Shown here in pieces: positions 17,531 to 27,289 of a DNA stretch of 64,000 nucleotides. The notes beneath the pieces are model-generated. The model saw nothing but the letters and a program-made list of their open reading frames with translations. It did no database searches and was not told the origin of the DNA. A program made the position numbers and the translations under genes. Within the stretch, counting starts at the first letter, position 1. Every line of letters begins with the position of its first letter. Source of the stretch: Candidatus Limnocylindria bacterium (GTDB lineage Bacteria; Chloroflexota; Limnocylindria; QHBO01); NCBI GenBank assembly GCA_036262075.1, contig DATAJO010000003.1, positions 15,464-79,463 of the forward strand, given 5' to 3'.

Positions 17531-19207
17531 ATGTCCCGAGCCCATCCGACGCGACCATTCATCCTCGCTCTCACCGTGCTGCTGGTGCTTGCCGCGTGCG
17601 GAGGGGAGGGCACCGCGTCACCCTCGGAGGAGGCACCGGGCTCCGACAGCCCTCCCGGGTCGCAGGCGCCCGAGGGTGGCGGCACGATGACCATCGCCTG
17701 GGAGGCGGACATCCAGTCGATGGATCCCGCCATCGCCTATGACTACGTCTCGATCCCGGCGGTCCACATGGTGTTCGAGTCGCTCATCGGCTACGACGAC
17801 GGGACGACGCTCGTTCCCGTCCTGGCCGAGGCGATGCCGGAGGTCAGCCCGGACGGGCTCACGTACACCTTCGTCCTCCGGCCCGGCGTCAACTTCGTGA
17901 AGCCGGACGGGTCGGTCCTGCGCGAGATGACCGCGGACGACGTGGTCTACTCCCTCAACCGCGTGCTCAACCCCAACCTGACCCCGACGCCGTCGCCGGT
18001 GGCGTCCTCGTTCTTCGCCCAGATCGAGGGCGGCCAGGCGGTGCTCGACGGCGAGGCCCATGAGGCGACCGGCGTCGTCGCGGTCGACGACCGCACCGTC
18101 GAGATCACGATCCTGTCGCCGAACCGGGCGTTCCTCAACGTCCTGGCCATGACGTTCGGATCGGTGGTCCCGGAGGGCGAGGCGGGAACCGACACCGCCG
18201 CCTTCTCGGCGGCCCCCATCGGCACCGGCCCGTACTACATGGCCTCGTACACCGCCGGGCAGGCGGCGCACTTCGTGCGCAACCCGCACTACTGGGGCCC
18301 GGCACCGGCCATCGCCGAGGTCGAGTACGAGGTGGGCGTCGACACCGTCACCCAGACGCAGCGCGCCCAGGCGAACACCCTCGATCTCATGGGCGACTCG
18401 ATTCCGACCGGGTCGCTGCCCGAGGTCCGCGACGACCCCGAGTACGCCGAGCGGTTGATCGAGGAGGCGACCGTCGCGGTGAGCTACGTCTCCATCGACG
18501 CCACGATCGAGGACCCGCCGCTCAACGACGTGCGGGTCCGTCAGGCGATCAACCACGCGATCGACAAGGAGAACCTCGTCGCCGTGGTCGGTGGGCGCGG
18601 GGAGCCCGCGAACTGCATCTTCCCGCCCGCCATCTCGGCTCACGATCCAGGATGCCAGCCGTACGACTACAACCCGGAGCGGGCGCGTGAGCTGCTGGCG
18701 GAGGCCGGCGTCCCCGACGGCTTCGCGACGACGTACTACACCGACACGACCGAGGACTCCGTCGCGCTCGCCCAGGCGATCCAGCAGGACCTGGCGGCCG
18801 TCGGGATCGACGTCGAGATCGTGAGCCAGGAGTTCGACGTGCTGCTCGAGACGATCCTCGTGCAGGGCAACGCGCCGCTCCTCGGCATCGCGTGGATCCA
18901 GGACTACCCGGACCCGTCCGACTTCTACGATCCGATCCTGTCGTGCGCGGCGGTCGGCGGCGGATTCAACACCTCCTGGGCGTGCTCCGAGGAGGCCGAT
19001 GCGATCGCCATCGAGGCGCTCTCCATGACCGACGAGGCGGAGCGCGACGAGGCGTACCGAGAGGTCCAGCGACTCGTCATGGAGGAGGCGCTGTGGGTGC
19101 CGACCTACTTCCCGACGGTCACGCACCTGCACTCCGATCGGCTGGAGGGAGCCTACTTCCACCCGGTCTGGAGCTGGGAGATCGTCGACTACTCGCTGAG
19201 CGAGTAG
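17531..19207 (+). CDS. ABC transporter substrate-binding lipoprotein (peptide/nickel family 5)
   Basis: Signal peptide plus lipobox (LAACGG), 558 aa, family-5 solute-binding domain features. Confidence 0.85.
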   Translation: MSRAHPTRPFILALTVLLVLAACGGEGTASPSEEAPGSDSPPGSQAPEGGGTMTIAWEADIQSMDPAIAYDYVSIPAVHMVFESLIGYDDGTTLVPVLAEAMPEVSPDGLTYTFVLRPGVNFVKPDGSVLREMTADDVVYSLNRVLNPNLTPTPSPVASSFFAQIEGGQAVLDGEAHEATGVVAVDDRTVEITILSPNRAFLNVLAMTFGSVVPEGEAGTDTAAFSAAPIGTGPYYMASYTAGQAAHFVRNPHYWGPAPAIAEVEYEVGVDTVTQTQRAQANTLDLMGDSIPTGSLPEVRDDPEYAERLIEEATVAVSYVSIDATIEDPPLNDVRVRQAINHAIDKENLVAVVGGRGEPANCIFPPAISAHDPGCQPYDYNPERARELLAEAGVPDGFATTYYTDTTEDSVALAQAIQQDLAAVGIDVEIVSQEFDVLLETILVQGNAPLLGIAWIQDYPDPSDFYDPILSCAAVGGGFNTSWACSEEADAIAIEALSMTDEAERDEAYREVQRLVMEEALWVPTYFPTVTHLHSDRLEGAYFHPVWSWEIVDYSLSE

Positions 19208-19253
19208 CGAACGCGGGGCCGCCGTCGGGGGGCGGCGGCCCAACCGCGCGCGC

Positions 19254-20198
19254 ATGATCCGCTACATCGGGCGTCGGCTGGCGTGGAGCGTGCTGGTCCT
19301 GGCCTTCGTCGCCGTCCTGACCTTCATCCTCATCTACGTCCTGCCCGGCGACCCGGCCCGGGCCGTGGCCGGCATCCACGCATCGGCGGAGGACGTGGCG
19401 CGCATCCGCGCGGCGCTCGGGCTCGACGAGCCGTTCGGGGTGCAGTTCGCCCGCTACGTCGGTCGCCTGGCGACCGGCGATCTCGGCTTCTCGTTCCATC
19501 GGCGGGCGGAGATCCTGCCGCTCCTCGTCGAGCGCTTCCCGGCGACGCTCCAGCTCGCCCTCGGCGGACTCGTCGTCGGCCTCGCCATCGGGCTGCCGAT
19601 GGGCGTGCTCTCCGCCGTCCGGCGCGGGACGAGCGTCGATCGCGCCTCGACGGCGACGACCGCGGTGCTCGTCTCGATCCCGTCGTTCTGGCTCGGCTAC
19701 GTGATCCTCGACGTGCTCGCCTTCCGACCCCTCGTGGCATGGGACGTCGCCATCTTCCCGATCGGCGGCTACGAGCCGTGGAGCCTGCGGCACCTCGCCT
19801 TACCGGCCCTCACGCTCGGTGCGGGCCTGGCGGCCTACTACGCCCGGCTGACCCGGACCGCGATGGTCGATCAGCTCGGCAGCGACTATGTCCGGACGGC
19901 GCGCGCCAAGGGCCTCGAGGGCCGGCTCGTCACCTGGCGCCACGCGTTCCGCAACGCGATGCCGACGCTCGTCACCCAGGTCGGCATCGACATCGGCCTC
20001 CTCCTCGGTGGCGTGGTGGTCGTGGAGCAGGTGTTCTCGTGGCCGGGCATCGGTCGGCTCGCCGTGGAGGCCATCGTGCAGACCGACCTGCCCCTGATCC
20101 TCGGCACCGTGGTGTTCGCGACGCTCATGATCGTCGTCGCCAATATCGTCACCGACGTGGCGGTCGCCGTCCTGGAGCCTCGGCTGCGCCGCGCCTGA
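19254..20198 (+). CDS. ABC transporter permease (DppB/OppB-like)
   Basis: 314 aa, 6 TM helices; MIRYIGRRL start typical of DppB; permease signature region. Confidence 0.85.
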   Translation: MIRYIGRRLAWSVLVLAFVAVLTFILIYVLPGDPARAVAGIHASAEDVARIRAALGLDEPFGVQFARYVGRLATGDLGFSFHRRAEILPLLVERFPATLQLALGGLVVGLAIGLPMGVLSAVRRGTSVDRASTATTAVLVSIPSFWLGYVILDVLAFRPLVAWDVAIFPIGGYEPWSLRHLALPALTLGAGLAAYYARLTRTAMVDQLGSDYVRTARAKGLEGRLVTWRHAFRNAMPTLVTQVGIDIGLLLGGVVVVEQVFSWPGIGRLAVEAIVQTDLPLILGTVVFATLMIVVANIVTDVAVAVLEPRLRRA

Positions 20199-20265
20199 CG
20201 CTCACCGCGCCTGGCGCTCGCCGCGCCTGGCGCTCGCCGAGCCTGACGCTCGCCGCGCCCGACGG
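20193..20265. repeat. tandem 16-bp repeat GCCTGRCGCTCRCCGM x ~4.5
   Basis: Units at 20193, 20209, 20225, 20241 and a partial at 20257; the first unit overlaps the permease stop codon. Confidence 0.8.
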
Positions 20266-20300
20266 CCGGGCGGCCCTTGTGCCGGTGCTGATAATCATCC

Positions 20301-23231
20301 ATGCCCGGGCGGATCTCGTGCCCGACGCTCGTCGGGCGGGAGGGAGAGCTCCAACGTATCCTGGCGCATCTCGCCGGTGAGTCCCCGGCACTCCTCGTCG
20401 TGCGCGGCGACGCCGGCATCGGCAAGACGCGCCTGCTCGACGAGGCGCTCGGCTCGGCCCGTGCCGGCGGGGCGACCGTCCTTGCCGGGGCGTGCATTCC
20501 CTTCGCGGGCCGGCGGCTCCCGTTCGGGCCGATTCTCGACGCCCTCCGGATCGCCGACGACGGGCCCGCGGCGACGGGCCTCGTGGCACTGCGCGCCGAC
20601 CTTCGACGGGTCGTCGACGCCGCCCCTCTCGGGGAAGACGACGGCGTCTCGCACGCCCGGGTCCTGAATGGCGCGGTCGACGCGCTCGAGCTTGCGGCGG
20701 GCGAATCGGTCGTCGTCCTGAGTGTCGACGACCTCCACTGGAGCGATGCCCCCACCCGCGATCTGCTGCTCGCCGTCGCCTCGAGCCGGCGCTCCGCCCG
20801 CGTTCGCCTCGTCGCCACGCTCCGGACCGATGAGGAGCACGAGGCGCTCAAGCCGATGCTGGCCGAGCTGACGCGCGCCGGGCTGCTCGACGTGCTCGAC
20901 CTCCAGCCGCTCGGCGTCGGCGCCGTGGACGAGCAGGTCACCGGCATCCTCGGGGCACCGCCCGCGAGAACCCTGCTCGACGCGGTGGCGCGCCGGTCGG
21001 GGGGAAATCCGTTCTTCGTCGAGGAGCTCGTGGCGGCGGCGCGTGGGGGCGATGCGGTCCTGCCCCCGAGCGTCGGCGAGGTGCTGCTCGTCAGGCTCGC
21101 GTCGCTCCCGGACGACGTGCTGGCGCTGCTGCGGACGATGGCGGTCCTCGGCGACAGCGTGCCGGACGCCCTCCTCGCGGCGGTGAGCGACGACGACCCT
21201 GCGACGGTCGCCGCGCGCCTGCGAACCGCGGAGGACGCGCACGTCGTCCGCATCGACCGTCGCGCCGGGACATATGCGTTCCGCCACGCGCTCATGCGCG
21301 AGGTGCTCTACGCCGACCTGCTCGCCGGTGAGCGGACCGCGATGCACGAGGCGGTCGCGCGCATCCTCGAGTCGGACCGTGCCAAGCGGCTGCTCTCACC
21401 CATGGCCCGGTCCCTCGCCCTGGCGGTCCACTGGGACGAGGCGGGGGACGTCGCGCGGGCCATCCCGGCGCTCGTGGCCGGCGCCCAGGCGGCGACGGCG
21501 GCGAACGCCCACGCCGACGCCCTGGAGCTCTATCGGCGCTGCCTGAGGCGGCTCGCGGATGACCCGAGCGCGGTCGAGACCGCCGGCAGCCGGCTCGATG
21601 AGCTCTACGCGCGCGCGGCGCACGCGGCCTTCCTGGCGGACGACACCGGCATGGCGATCGATCTCGCGAGACGCGCGGTCGAGCTGGCGGGGACGGACGA
21701 TGCAGCCCGCTCGGCGCTGCTCCACCAGCGGCTGTGCGAGTACCTCTGGGAGCACGGCGCGGGCGTGGAGTCGCTCGACATCGCGCGTCGCGCGTACGAG
21801 GTCGTGCCGGCCACGGCCGATCCGGCCATCCGCGCCGCCGTGGTCGGGTTCTGGGCATCGGCGCTCTGTGTCCTGAGCCGCTACGAGGAGGCCATCCCCG
21901 TCGCCGAGGAGTGCATCGAGATCGGACGCGCCCTGTCGGACCCGGCGACGATCGGTCTGGGGCTGGCGTGCCGCGGGGCGGCCGTGGCGGGCCTCGTCGA
22001 CGTCGAGGCCGGCGCGCGCGATTGCGCCGAGGCGATCGAGATCGCCCGAACCTCGAGCGAGGCCGATACCCAGCTCATCGCCTACATGAACGGGTCCTGG
22101 GTGATCGGCGTGCTGGCCGGGGATGCCGAGCGCGCCCTGGCGCTCGTCGCAGACTGGCAGGAGCTCCAGCGCCGGAGCGGACTCGAGCGGACGCGCGGCA
22201 TGTGGATGGCCGGATTCGCGGGTGACCTGCTGCTCCGGCTCGGCCGCTGGGACGAGGCGGACGAGGTGCTGAGCGAGGCACTGCGGCTCCCGTTCCGCGG
22301 CCCGTCGCGGCACGAGGTGGTGGCCAATGCCGCCATCATGCGCACCTGGCAGGGCCGGCTGGAGGAGGCCGATGCGCTGGCGCGCGAGGCCCTCGCGCTG
22401 GCCGCGCATGCCGGCACACTCCAGTTCACGGGGCTGAGCCACGCGATCGCCGTCGACGTCGCGCTCTGGCGCGGCGACACCGATCGCGCCGTCGAGCTGG
22501 TCGACGCCGCCATGCCGACCGTCGATGCCACCGAGGACCCGCTCTACACGCGCCACTTCTACGCGGCCGCGGCGCGCGCCTGCATCGAGCGCCGGGAGCG
22601 CCTGCGCGGGCGCCGGTCCGAATCGGAGCGCGAGGCGCTCATCCGGCGCGCGGAATCGTTCGCGCAGCGCGCCCGGTACGCTGGCGTGCTGAACGTCACG
22701 GCCCGGGCTCCGGAGACGCGCGCCTGGACCGCGCAGGCCGCGGCCGAGGTGGCACGGGCCACCGCGACCTTGACGGCCGCAGAGGAGTGGGACCGAACCC
22801 GCGACGCGTGGCACGCGGTCGGGGATCGAGCGCACGAGGCGTACTCGGCCCTCCGCTCGGCAGAAGCATCGCTGGCGTGCGGGCAGCGCGGCCGGGCGGC
22901 CGAGTCGATGCGCGCCGCACGCGAGCTCGCCGCCACGATCGGTGCGGAGGCCGTCGTCCGATCGGCCGATGCGCTCGCGGAGCGGGCTCGACTGCGTCCG
23001 GCCGGGGCCGCGGGCGCGACGACCGGCTTCGGCCTGACGGTGAGGGAGCTCGAGGTGCTCGACCTCGTGGCGCGCGGGCTGACGAATCGCGAGATCGCCG
23101 CGACGCTGTTCATCAGCGAGAAGACGGCCGGCGTCCACGTCTCGAACATCCTGGCGAAGCTCGACGTCACGAGCCGGGCACAGGCCGCGGCCATCGCGGT
23201 TCGCCACGAGCAGGAGCTGGCGAAGCACTGA
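20301..23231 (+). CDS. LAL-type (MalT-like) LuxR-family regulator: N-terminal P-loop NTPase, central helical repeats, C-terminal LuxR HTH
   Basis: Walker [15 protein letters not shown]; C-terminal [43 protein letters not shown]. Confidence 0.85.
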   Translation: MPGRISCPTLVGREGELQRILAHLAGESPALLVVRGDAGIGKTRLLDEALGSARAGGATVLAGACIPFAGRRLPFGPILDALRIADDGPAATGLVALRADLRRVVDAAPLGEDDGVSHARVLNGAVDALELAAGESVVVLSVDDLHWSDAPTRDLLLAVASSRRSARVRLVATLRTDEEHEALKPMLAELTRAGLLDVLDLQPLGVGAVDEQVTGILGAPPARTLLDAVARRSGGNPFFVEELVAAARGGDAVLPPSVGEVLLVRLASLPDDVLALLRTMAVLGDSVPDALLAAVSDDDPATVAARLRTAEDAHVVRIDRRAGTYAFRHALMREVLYADLLAGERTAMHEAVARILESDRAKRLLSPMARSLALAVHWDEAGDVARAIPALVAGAQAATAANAHADALELYRRCLRRLADDPSAVETAGSRLDELYARAAHAAFLADDTGMAIDLARRAVELAGTDDAARSALLHQRLCEYLWEHGAGVESLDIARRAYEVVPATADPAIRAAVVGFWASALCVLSRYEEAIPVAEECIEIGRALSDPATIGLGLACRGAAVAGLVDVEAGARDCAEAIEIARTSSEADTQLIAYMNGSWVIGVLAGDAERALALVADWQELQRRSGLERTRGMWMAGFAGDLLLRLGRWDEADEVLSEALRLPFRGPSRHEVVANAAIMRTWQGRLEEADALAREALALAAHAGTLQFTGLSHAIAVDVALWRGDTDRAVELVDAAMPTVDATEDPLYTRHFYAAAARACIERRERLRGRRSESEREALIRRAESFAQRARYAGVLNVTARAPETRAWTAQAAAEVARATATLTAAEEWDRTRDAWHAVGDRAHEAYSALRSAEASLACGQRGRAAESMRAARELAATIGAEAVVRSADALAERARLRPAGAAGATTGFGLTVRELEVLDLVARGLTNREIAATLFISEKTAGVHVSNILAKLDVTSRAQAAAIAVRHEQELAKH

Positions 23232-23255
23232 TCGGGGTGCGACGAGAGCGCCCTC

Positions 23256-23279
23256 GAATACGGAGTTCTCCCGATGCGC
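23256..23279 (+). promoter_or_regulatory. copy 2 of the conserved motif GAATACGGAGTTCTCCCGATGCGC, upstream of the PKD-domain gene
   Basis: See 17429..17453; located 25 bp after the LAL regulator stop. Confidence 0.4.
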
Positions 23280-23308
23280 GCGGCGGCCGGGCAGCCCACG
23301 GTTGACGC

Positions 23309-23989
23309 GTGTCCGTACGCATGCTGGCGCCCGCCGGGCCCATCGGTGCGACTCGCGCCCCGTCGGTCGGAGCCAGCCTCCGGCTGCCGCCACGGGACTG
23401 GCTGCGCGCATCGTGGGAATGGGACGATGGATCCGTCGAGCCGGTCGCGGCGCCATGGGCCTCGATCGTTCGGATGCGCACGGTCCATCGCTACGCGCGA
23501 CCCGGGGTGTACCGCGTCCGCCTCCGGGTCGAGGGCGACGGGGGGTGGTCGTCCGAGATGGGCGAGCGATACGTCGTGGTCAGCGGTCCCGGGCAGCTCG
23601 CCGCGTCGGGCTGGATTCGCGATCCGGTCCACCGCGCGGTGCCGGTCGGTTTGCTGCTCACGCCATCCGACGGTGCCCGGCTCGGATCGGCGCTGCTCCG
23701 ATGCCTCGTTCCCGACGGCGAGCTCGTCGCCTCGGACCTCGCCTGGATGGTCGCACCGGATCCCGGGTCGGTGCATTTCGGGGGTCACGCACGGCTCGGG
23801 ACGGAGGCCTCGTCCGACCGGCCGTACCGGGTCGACGTCGCGCTCGCCGCTCGCGAGCACCGCGGCGCGCGTCCTCACCTGACCGTCAGCGTCTATGCGG
23901 CCGGGCGCCGGCCCGGGAGCGACGCGCCCGAGATCAGGGTGTCGGGCGACCTGCGGCCGGGCGGGATCGATCTCGGGAGTCCCGGTTGA
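23309..23989 (+). CDS. PKD-domain-containing hypothetical protein
   Basis: WEWDDGSVE...HRYARPGVYRVRLRVEGDGG resembles the PKD consensus (WDFGDGS...HTY..GTYTVTLTV.D). Moderate GC3; no clear signal peptide. Confidence 0.4.
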   Translation: MSVRMLAPAGPIGATRAPSVGASLRLPPRDWLRASWEWDDGSVEPVAAPWASIVRMRTVHRYARPGVYRVRLRVEGDGGWSSEMGERYVVVSGPGQLAASGWIRDPVHRAVPVGLLLTPSDGARLGSALLRCLVPDGELVASDLAWMVAPDPGSVHFGGHARLGTEASSDRPYRVDVALAAREHRGARPHLTVSVYAAGRRPGSDAPEIRVSGDLRPGGIDLGSPG

Positions 23990-24104
23990 GGGCCGTTCAC
24001 CGATCCTGAGCGTGACGGGATCGGGATGCCCGGCTTCGCCGAGGCGCTCCCGCTGGCGTACGGCATCGGCGTTCGGCATCGGCGTTTGCGCTACCCTTCG
24101 GCGC

Positions 24105-25919
24105 ATGTCGATCGACCCTGACGAGCTGGGCGGCGACGCCGCGACCGACCTCGGGTCGGGCCACGGCGACCACCTCGCCGCGATGCGTCACAGCGCGGCG
24201 CATATGATGGCCGCGGCCGTGCTCGAGCTGTTCCCCGACGCGAAGCTCGGCATCGGTCCCGCCATCAAGGACGGCTTCTACTACGACTTCGACCTGCCGC
24301 GCCCGCTGACGCCGGCCGACCTCGAGCAGATCGAGGCCAAGATGCGCGAGCAGCAGGCCGCCGACCTGACGTTCGAGCACTCGAAGGACCTCCCGCGGGA
24401 CGAGGCCGTCACGCTGCTCGAGGAGCGCGGTCAGCCGTTCAAGGTCGAGATCGTCAACGACCTCGATCCCTCGGAGGGTCCGACGGTCTCGTTCTACCGG
24501 CACGGCTCCTTCGAGGACCTGTGCCGCGGCGGGCACCTCGACTCCACGAGGCAGCTCGGGGCGTTCAAGCTTTTGAACACGGCCGGCGCGTACTGGCGCG
24601 GCGACGAGACCCGGCCGATGCTCCAGCGCATCTACGGCACCGCCTGGGACACGCAGGAGGAGCTCGACCGCTACCTGTGGCGGCTCGAGGAGGCGAAGAA
24701 GCGCGACCACCGCAAGCTCGGCCGCGAGCTCGACCTGTTCACGTTCCACCCCGAGTCGCCCGCCGCGCCGTTCCTCCATCCGCGGGGCATGGCCATCTGG
24801 CGCGCCCTCGAGGACTGGTCGCGCGAGGTCCGCTCGGGCGCCGGCTTCCACGAGGTCCGCACGCCGAGCCTCGTGCGCAAGGAGCTGTGGGAGACGTCGG
24901 GCCACTGGGCGAACTACCAGGACAACATGTTCGTCCTCGACGACTACGACCACGTGTCCGGCCTCAAGCCGATGAACTGCCCGGAGGAGATCCTCATCTA
25001 CCGCACCCGGGCACGCTCGTATCGCGATCTGCCGATGCGCTTCAGCGACTACTCGGTCCTGTTCCGCAAGGAGCGCACCGGCGTCCTGGCCGGGATGTTC
25101 CGCGTGCGGCAGCTCACCCAGGACGACTCGCACGTCTTCTGCCGCGACGACCAGGTCGACGACGAGCTCCGCCTCGCCCTGTCGCTCGTCCGCAAGCAGT
25201 ACGCGCCGTTCGGGTTCGAGCCTCGGGCCAAGCTGGCGACGCGGCCGGAGAAGCGCATCGGCTCCGACGAGTTCTGGGAGCGTGCCGAGCAGCGCCTGCG
25301 CGACCGCCTCGAGGAGGACGGCATGTCCTACGCGCTCGACGAGGGCGGCGGGGCGTTCTACGGGCCGAAGATCGACATCTTCATCGAGGACGCGCTGGGC
25401 CGGGAGTGGCAGATGGCCACGATCCAGGCCGACTACCAGCTGCCGCAGCGCTTCGACCTCGAGTACCGCGCCGCCGACGGCAAGTTCGAGCGCCCGGTCA
25501 TCGTCCACTACGCGATCTACGGCTCGTTCGAGCGGTTCATCGGCATCATCACCGAGGAGTACGCCGGGGCCTTCCCGTTCTGGCTGGCGCCGGTGCAGGT
25601 CGTGGTCGTGCCGATCGCCGATCGCCACCTCGAGTACGCCGAGTCGGTGCGGGCCGCCCTGGCCGATGCCGGCCTGCGGGCGGAGGTCGACGCGCGCTCC
25701 GAGCGCATGCAGGCCAAGCTGCGCGAGGCGCAGGAGCAGAAGATCCCGGTCATGGTCGTGGTGGGGGACCGCGACGCCGAGGCCGGTGCCGTCTCGCCTC
25801 GGCTGCGCACCGGCGAGTCGTCGCAGGGCGTCCCGCTCGCCGAGTTCGTCGCCGATCTCGTCGCGCGCAACGCGGTCCGCGAGCTGTGGCCGGCGCCGCC
25901 GAGCGGTCCGGAGTCCTGA
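24105..25919 (+). CDS. thrS: threonine--tRNA ligase lacking the N-terminal TGS domain
   Basis: ATG 24105 inside the 23895..25919 ORF. HSAAHMMAAAV marks the editing domain; class II motifs FRVRQLTQDDSHVF and GAFYGPKID; anticodon-binding domain present. Confidence 0.9.
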   Translation: MSIDPDELGGDAATDLGSGHGDHLAAMRHSAAHMMAAAVLELFPDAKLGIGPAIKDGFYYDFDLPRPLTPADLEQIEAKMREQQAADLTFEHSKDLPRDEAVTLLEERGQPFKVEIVNDLDPSEGPTVSFYRHGSFEDLCRGGHLDSTRQLGAFKLLNTAGAYWRGDETRPMLQRIYGTAWDTQEELDRYLWRLEEAKKRDHRKLGRELDLFTFHPESPAAPFLHPRGMAIWRALEDWSREVRSGAGFHEVRTPSLVRKELWETSGHWANYQDNMFVLDDYDHVSGLKPMNCPEEILIYRTRARSYRDLPMRFSDYSVLFRKERTGVLAGMFRVRQLTQDDSHVFCRDDQVDDELRLALSLVRKQYAPFGFEPRAKLATRPEKRIGSDEFWERAEQRLRDRLEEDGMSYALDEGGGAFYGPKIDIFIEDALGREWQMATIQADYQLPQRFDLEYRAADGKFERPVIVHYAIYGSFERFIGIITEEYAGAFPFWLAPVQVVVVPIADRHLEYAESVRAALADAGLRAEVDARSERMQAKLREAQEQKIPVMVVVGDRDAEAGAVSPRLRTGESSQGVPLAEFVADLVARNAVRELWPAPPSGPES

Positions 25920-26025
25920 CCCCGGTCGAACCCGTGGCCTGTTGCGTCGTACGACTCCCGTTCGCATCGGTGACGCCTCCCCACGCCCGCCCCACGATCC
26001 GTCCCCGCCGACGAGGAGCCGCCGC

Positions 26026-26403
26026 ATGAGGAAGATGCGCGGGCTCGGCCAGCTCGCCCTGCGCTCGACCGATCCGAGCCGCGTCGCCGAGTTCTACGAG
26101 TCGGCGTTCGGCTTCCGCCGCATCGCCGCCGACGACGGTGGCGTCGACCTCGAGCTCGGCGGCTTCGAGCTCAGCTTCCGGCGCGGCGAGACGGCCGCGC
26201 GGGACGGGATGCAGATCGGCTTCAAGGTCGAGACGGCCGCGGAGGTCGACGCGTGGGCCCAGGAGCTGTCGCGCCGCGGGTTCGCGCTCGCGGCGCCGCC
26301 ATCGGGCGACCGATGGGAGGGGAGCCGGTCATTCCGCATCGCTGACCCCGACGGTCGCCAGGTCGCGGTCTTCTACGACTACCCGGGCGCCACGGGCCGC
26401 TGA
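26026..26403 (+). CDS. VOC (glyoxalase/bleomycin-resistance-fold) family protein
   Basis: 125 aa; GAGGAG RBS 8 nt upstream of ATG 26026; beta-alpha-beta-beta-beta module pattern. Confidence 0.65.
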   Translation: MRKMRGLGQLALRSTDPSRVAEFYESAFGFRRIAADDGGVDLELGGFELSFRRGETAARDGMQIGFKVETAAEVDAWAQELSRRGFALAAPPSGDRWEGSRSFRIADPDGRQVAVFYDYPGATGR

Positions 26404-26404
26404 C

Positions 26405-27247
26405 CTACCGTCCTGGTCCGATCCGAACCGAGACGACATCGGTCCCGAGGGACTTGCCCTTCAGATCGAGCGTGCGCCGCTCGAGATCCGGATCGAGGTC
26501 GGAGGCGGCGGCCGCGTCGACGGAGACGAGCACCTCGCCGGCCTGGGCCGCCGCGGCGAGCCGGGCTGCGACGTTGACGGCGTCACCCACGGCAGTCAGC
26601 TCGACATGGGTGCCCTCGCCGACCACTCCGAACCATGCTCGACCGGCATGCACGCCGACGCCGACCGGCACCCACGGGCCGCCCGGGTCGGCGTGTCCCG
26701 TCGCCCGAAGCAGGTCGGTGGCCGCCGAGACACAGCGCGCCACGAACCGCTCGCCGGTGAGGAGCGGGAAGAACACGGCGACGATCTCGTCGCCGACGAA
26801 CTTGTCTACCATGCCGTCCCGCTCGAAGACGACTCGGGTGGCGGCGGCGAAATAGCGCTCGAGCAGGCCGTGGAAGTCGCCCGGTGACATGCGTTCGGCC
26901 AACGCGGTAGAGCCGCGGATGTCGGCGAAGAGGAAGGCGAGCTCGACCTCGGCGCCGCCGTGGTGCTTGGACATGAAGTCGAAGCAGGACGAGCACCAGT
27001 AGGGGTTTCCGGCCGACGGCCGCTTGCCGATGAGGCGCATGAGCGGCGCGCCCGGACCGCGGAAGGGAGCGGCGCACATGCGGCATCGCGGATCGGCCGG
27101 GATCCGCTTGAAGACGCGTCTGCCGATGCCCTTCCAGGTGTCCCCGCCCTGCTCCAGGAAGCTGCGCCAGAAGTCCTCGTCCTGCGACGGTCGTCCGCCG
27201 GGGGACGCGCCGGCACTGGAAGCAGGCTCGCCGGTCCGCCTCGCCAT
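26405..27247 (-). CDS. class III adenylate/guanylate cyclase with N-terminal zinc-ribbon
   Basis: CRMC...CSSC ribbon, then FLFADIRGSTALAER and GDAVNVAARL cyclase motifs. Confidence 0.8.
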   Translation of the reverse strand: MARRTGEPASSAGASPGGRPSQDEDFWRSFLEQGGDTWKGIGRRVFKRIPADPRCRMCAAPFRGPGAPLMRLIGKRPSAGNPYWCSSCFDFMSKHHGGAEVELAFLFADIRGSTALAERMSPGDFHGLLERYFAAATRVVFERDGMVDKFVGDEIVAVFFPLLTGERFVARCVSAATDLLRATGHADPGGPWVPVGVGVHAGRAWFGVVGEGTHVELTAVGDAVNVAARLAAAAQAGEVLVSVDAAAASDLDPDLERRTLDLKGKSLGTDVVSVRIGPGR

Positions 27248-27289
27248 GTGGGCAGCATAGGCCGCCGACCAAGGGGGCGACCGATGTGG

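Noticed and set aside
15371-17545. 724-aa minus-strand ORF across paaC, paaD and the permease
   Set aside because: Arg-rich junk antisense to three well-supported genes.
20295-26027. Several long minus-strand ORFs (20295..21347, 21396..23456, 22559..24106, 23997..26027) opposite the LAL regulator and thrS
   Set aside because: No recognisable domains and Arg/Pro/Gly-rich composition, while the plus-strand genes are strongly supported.
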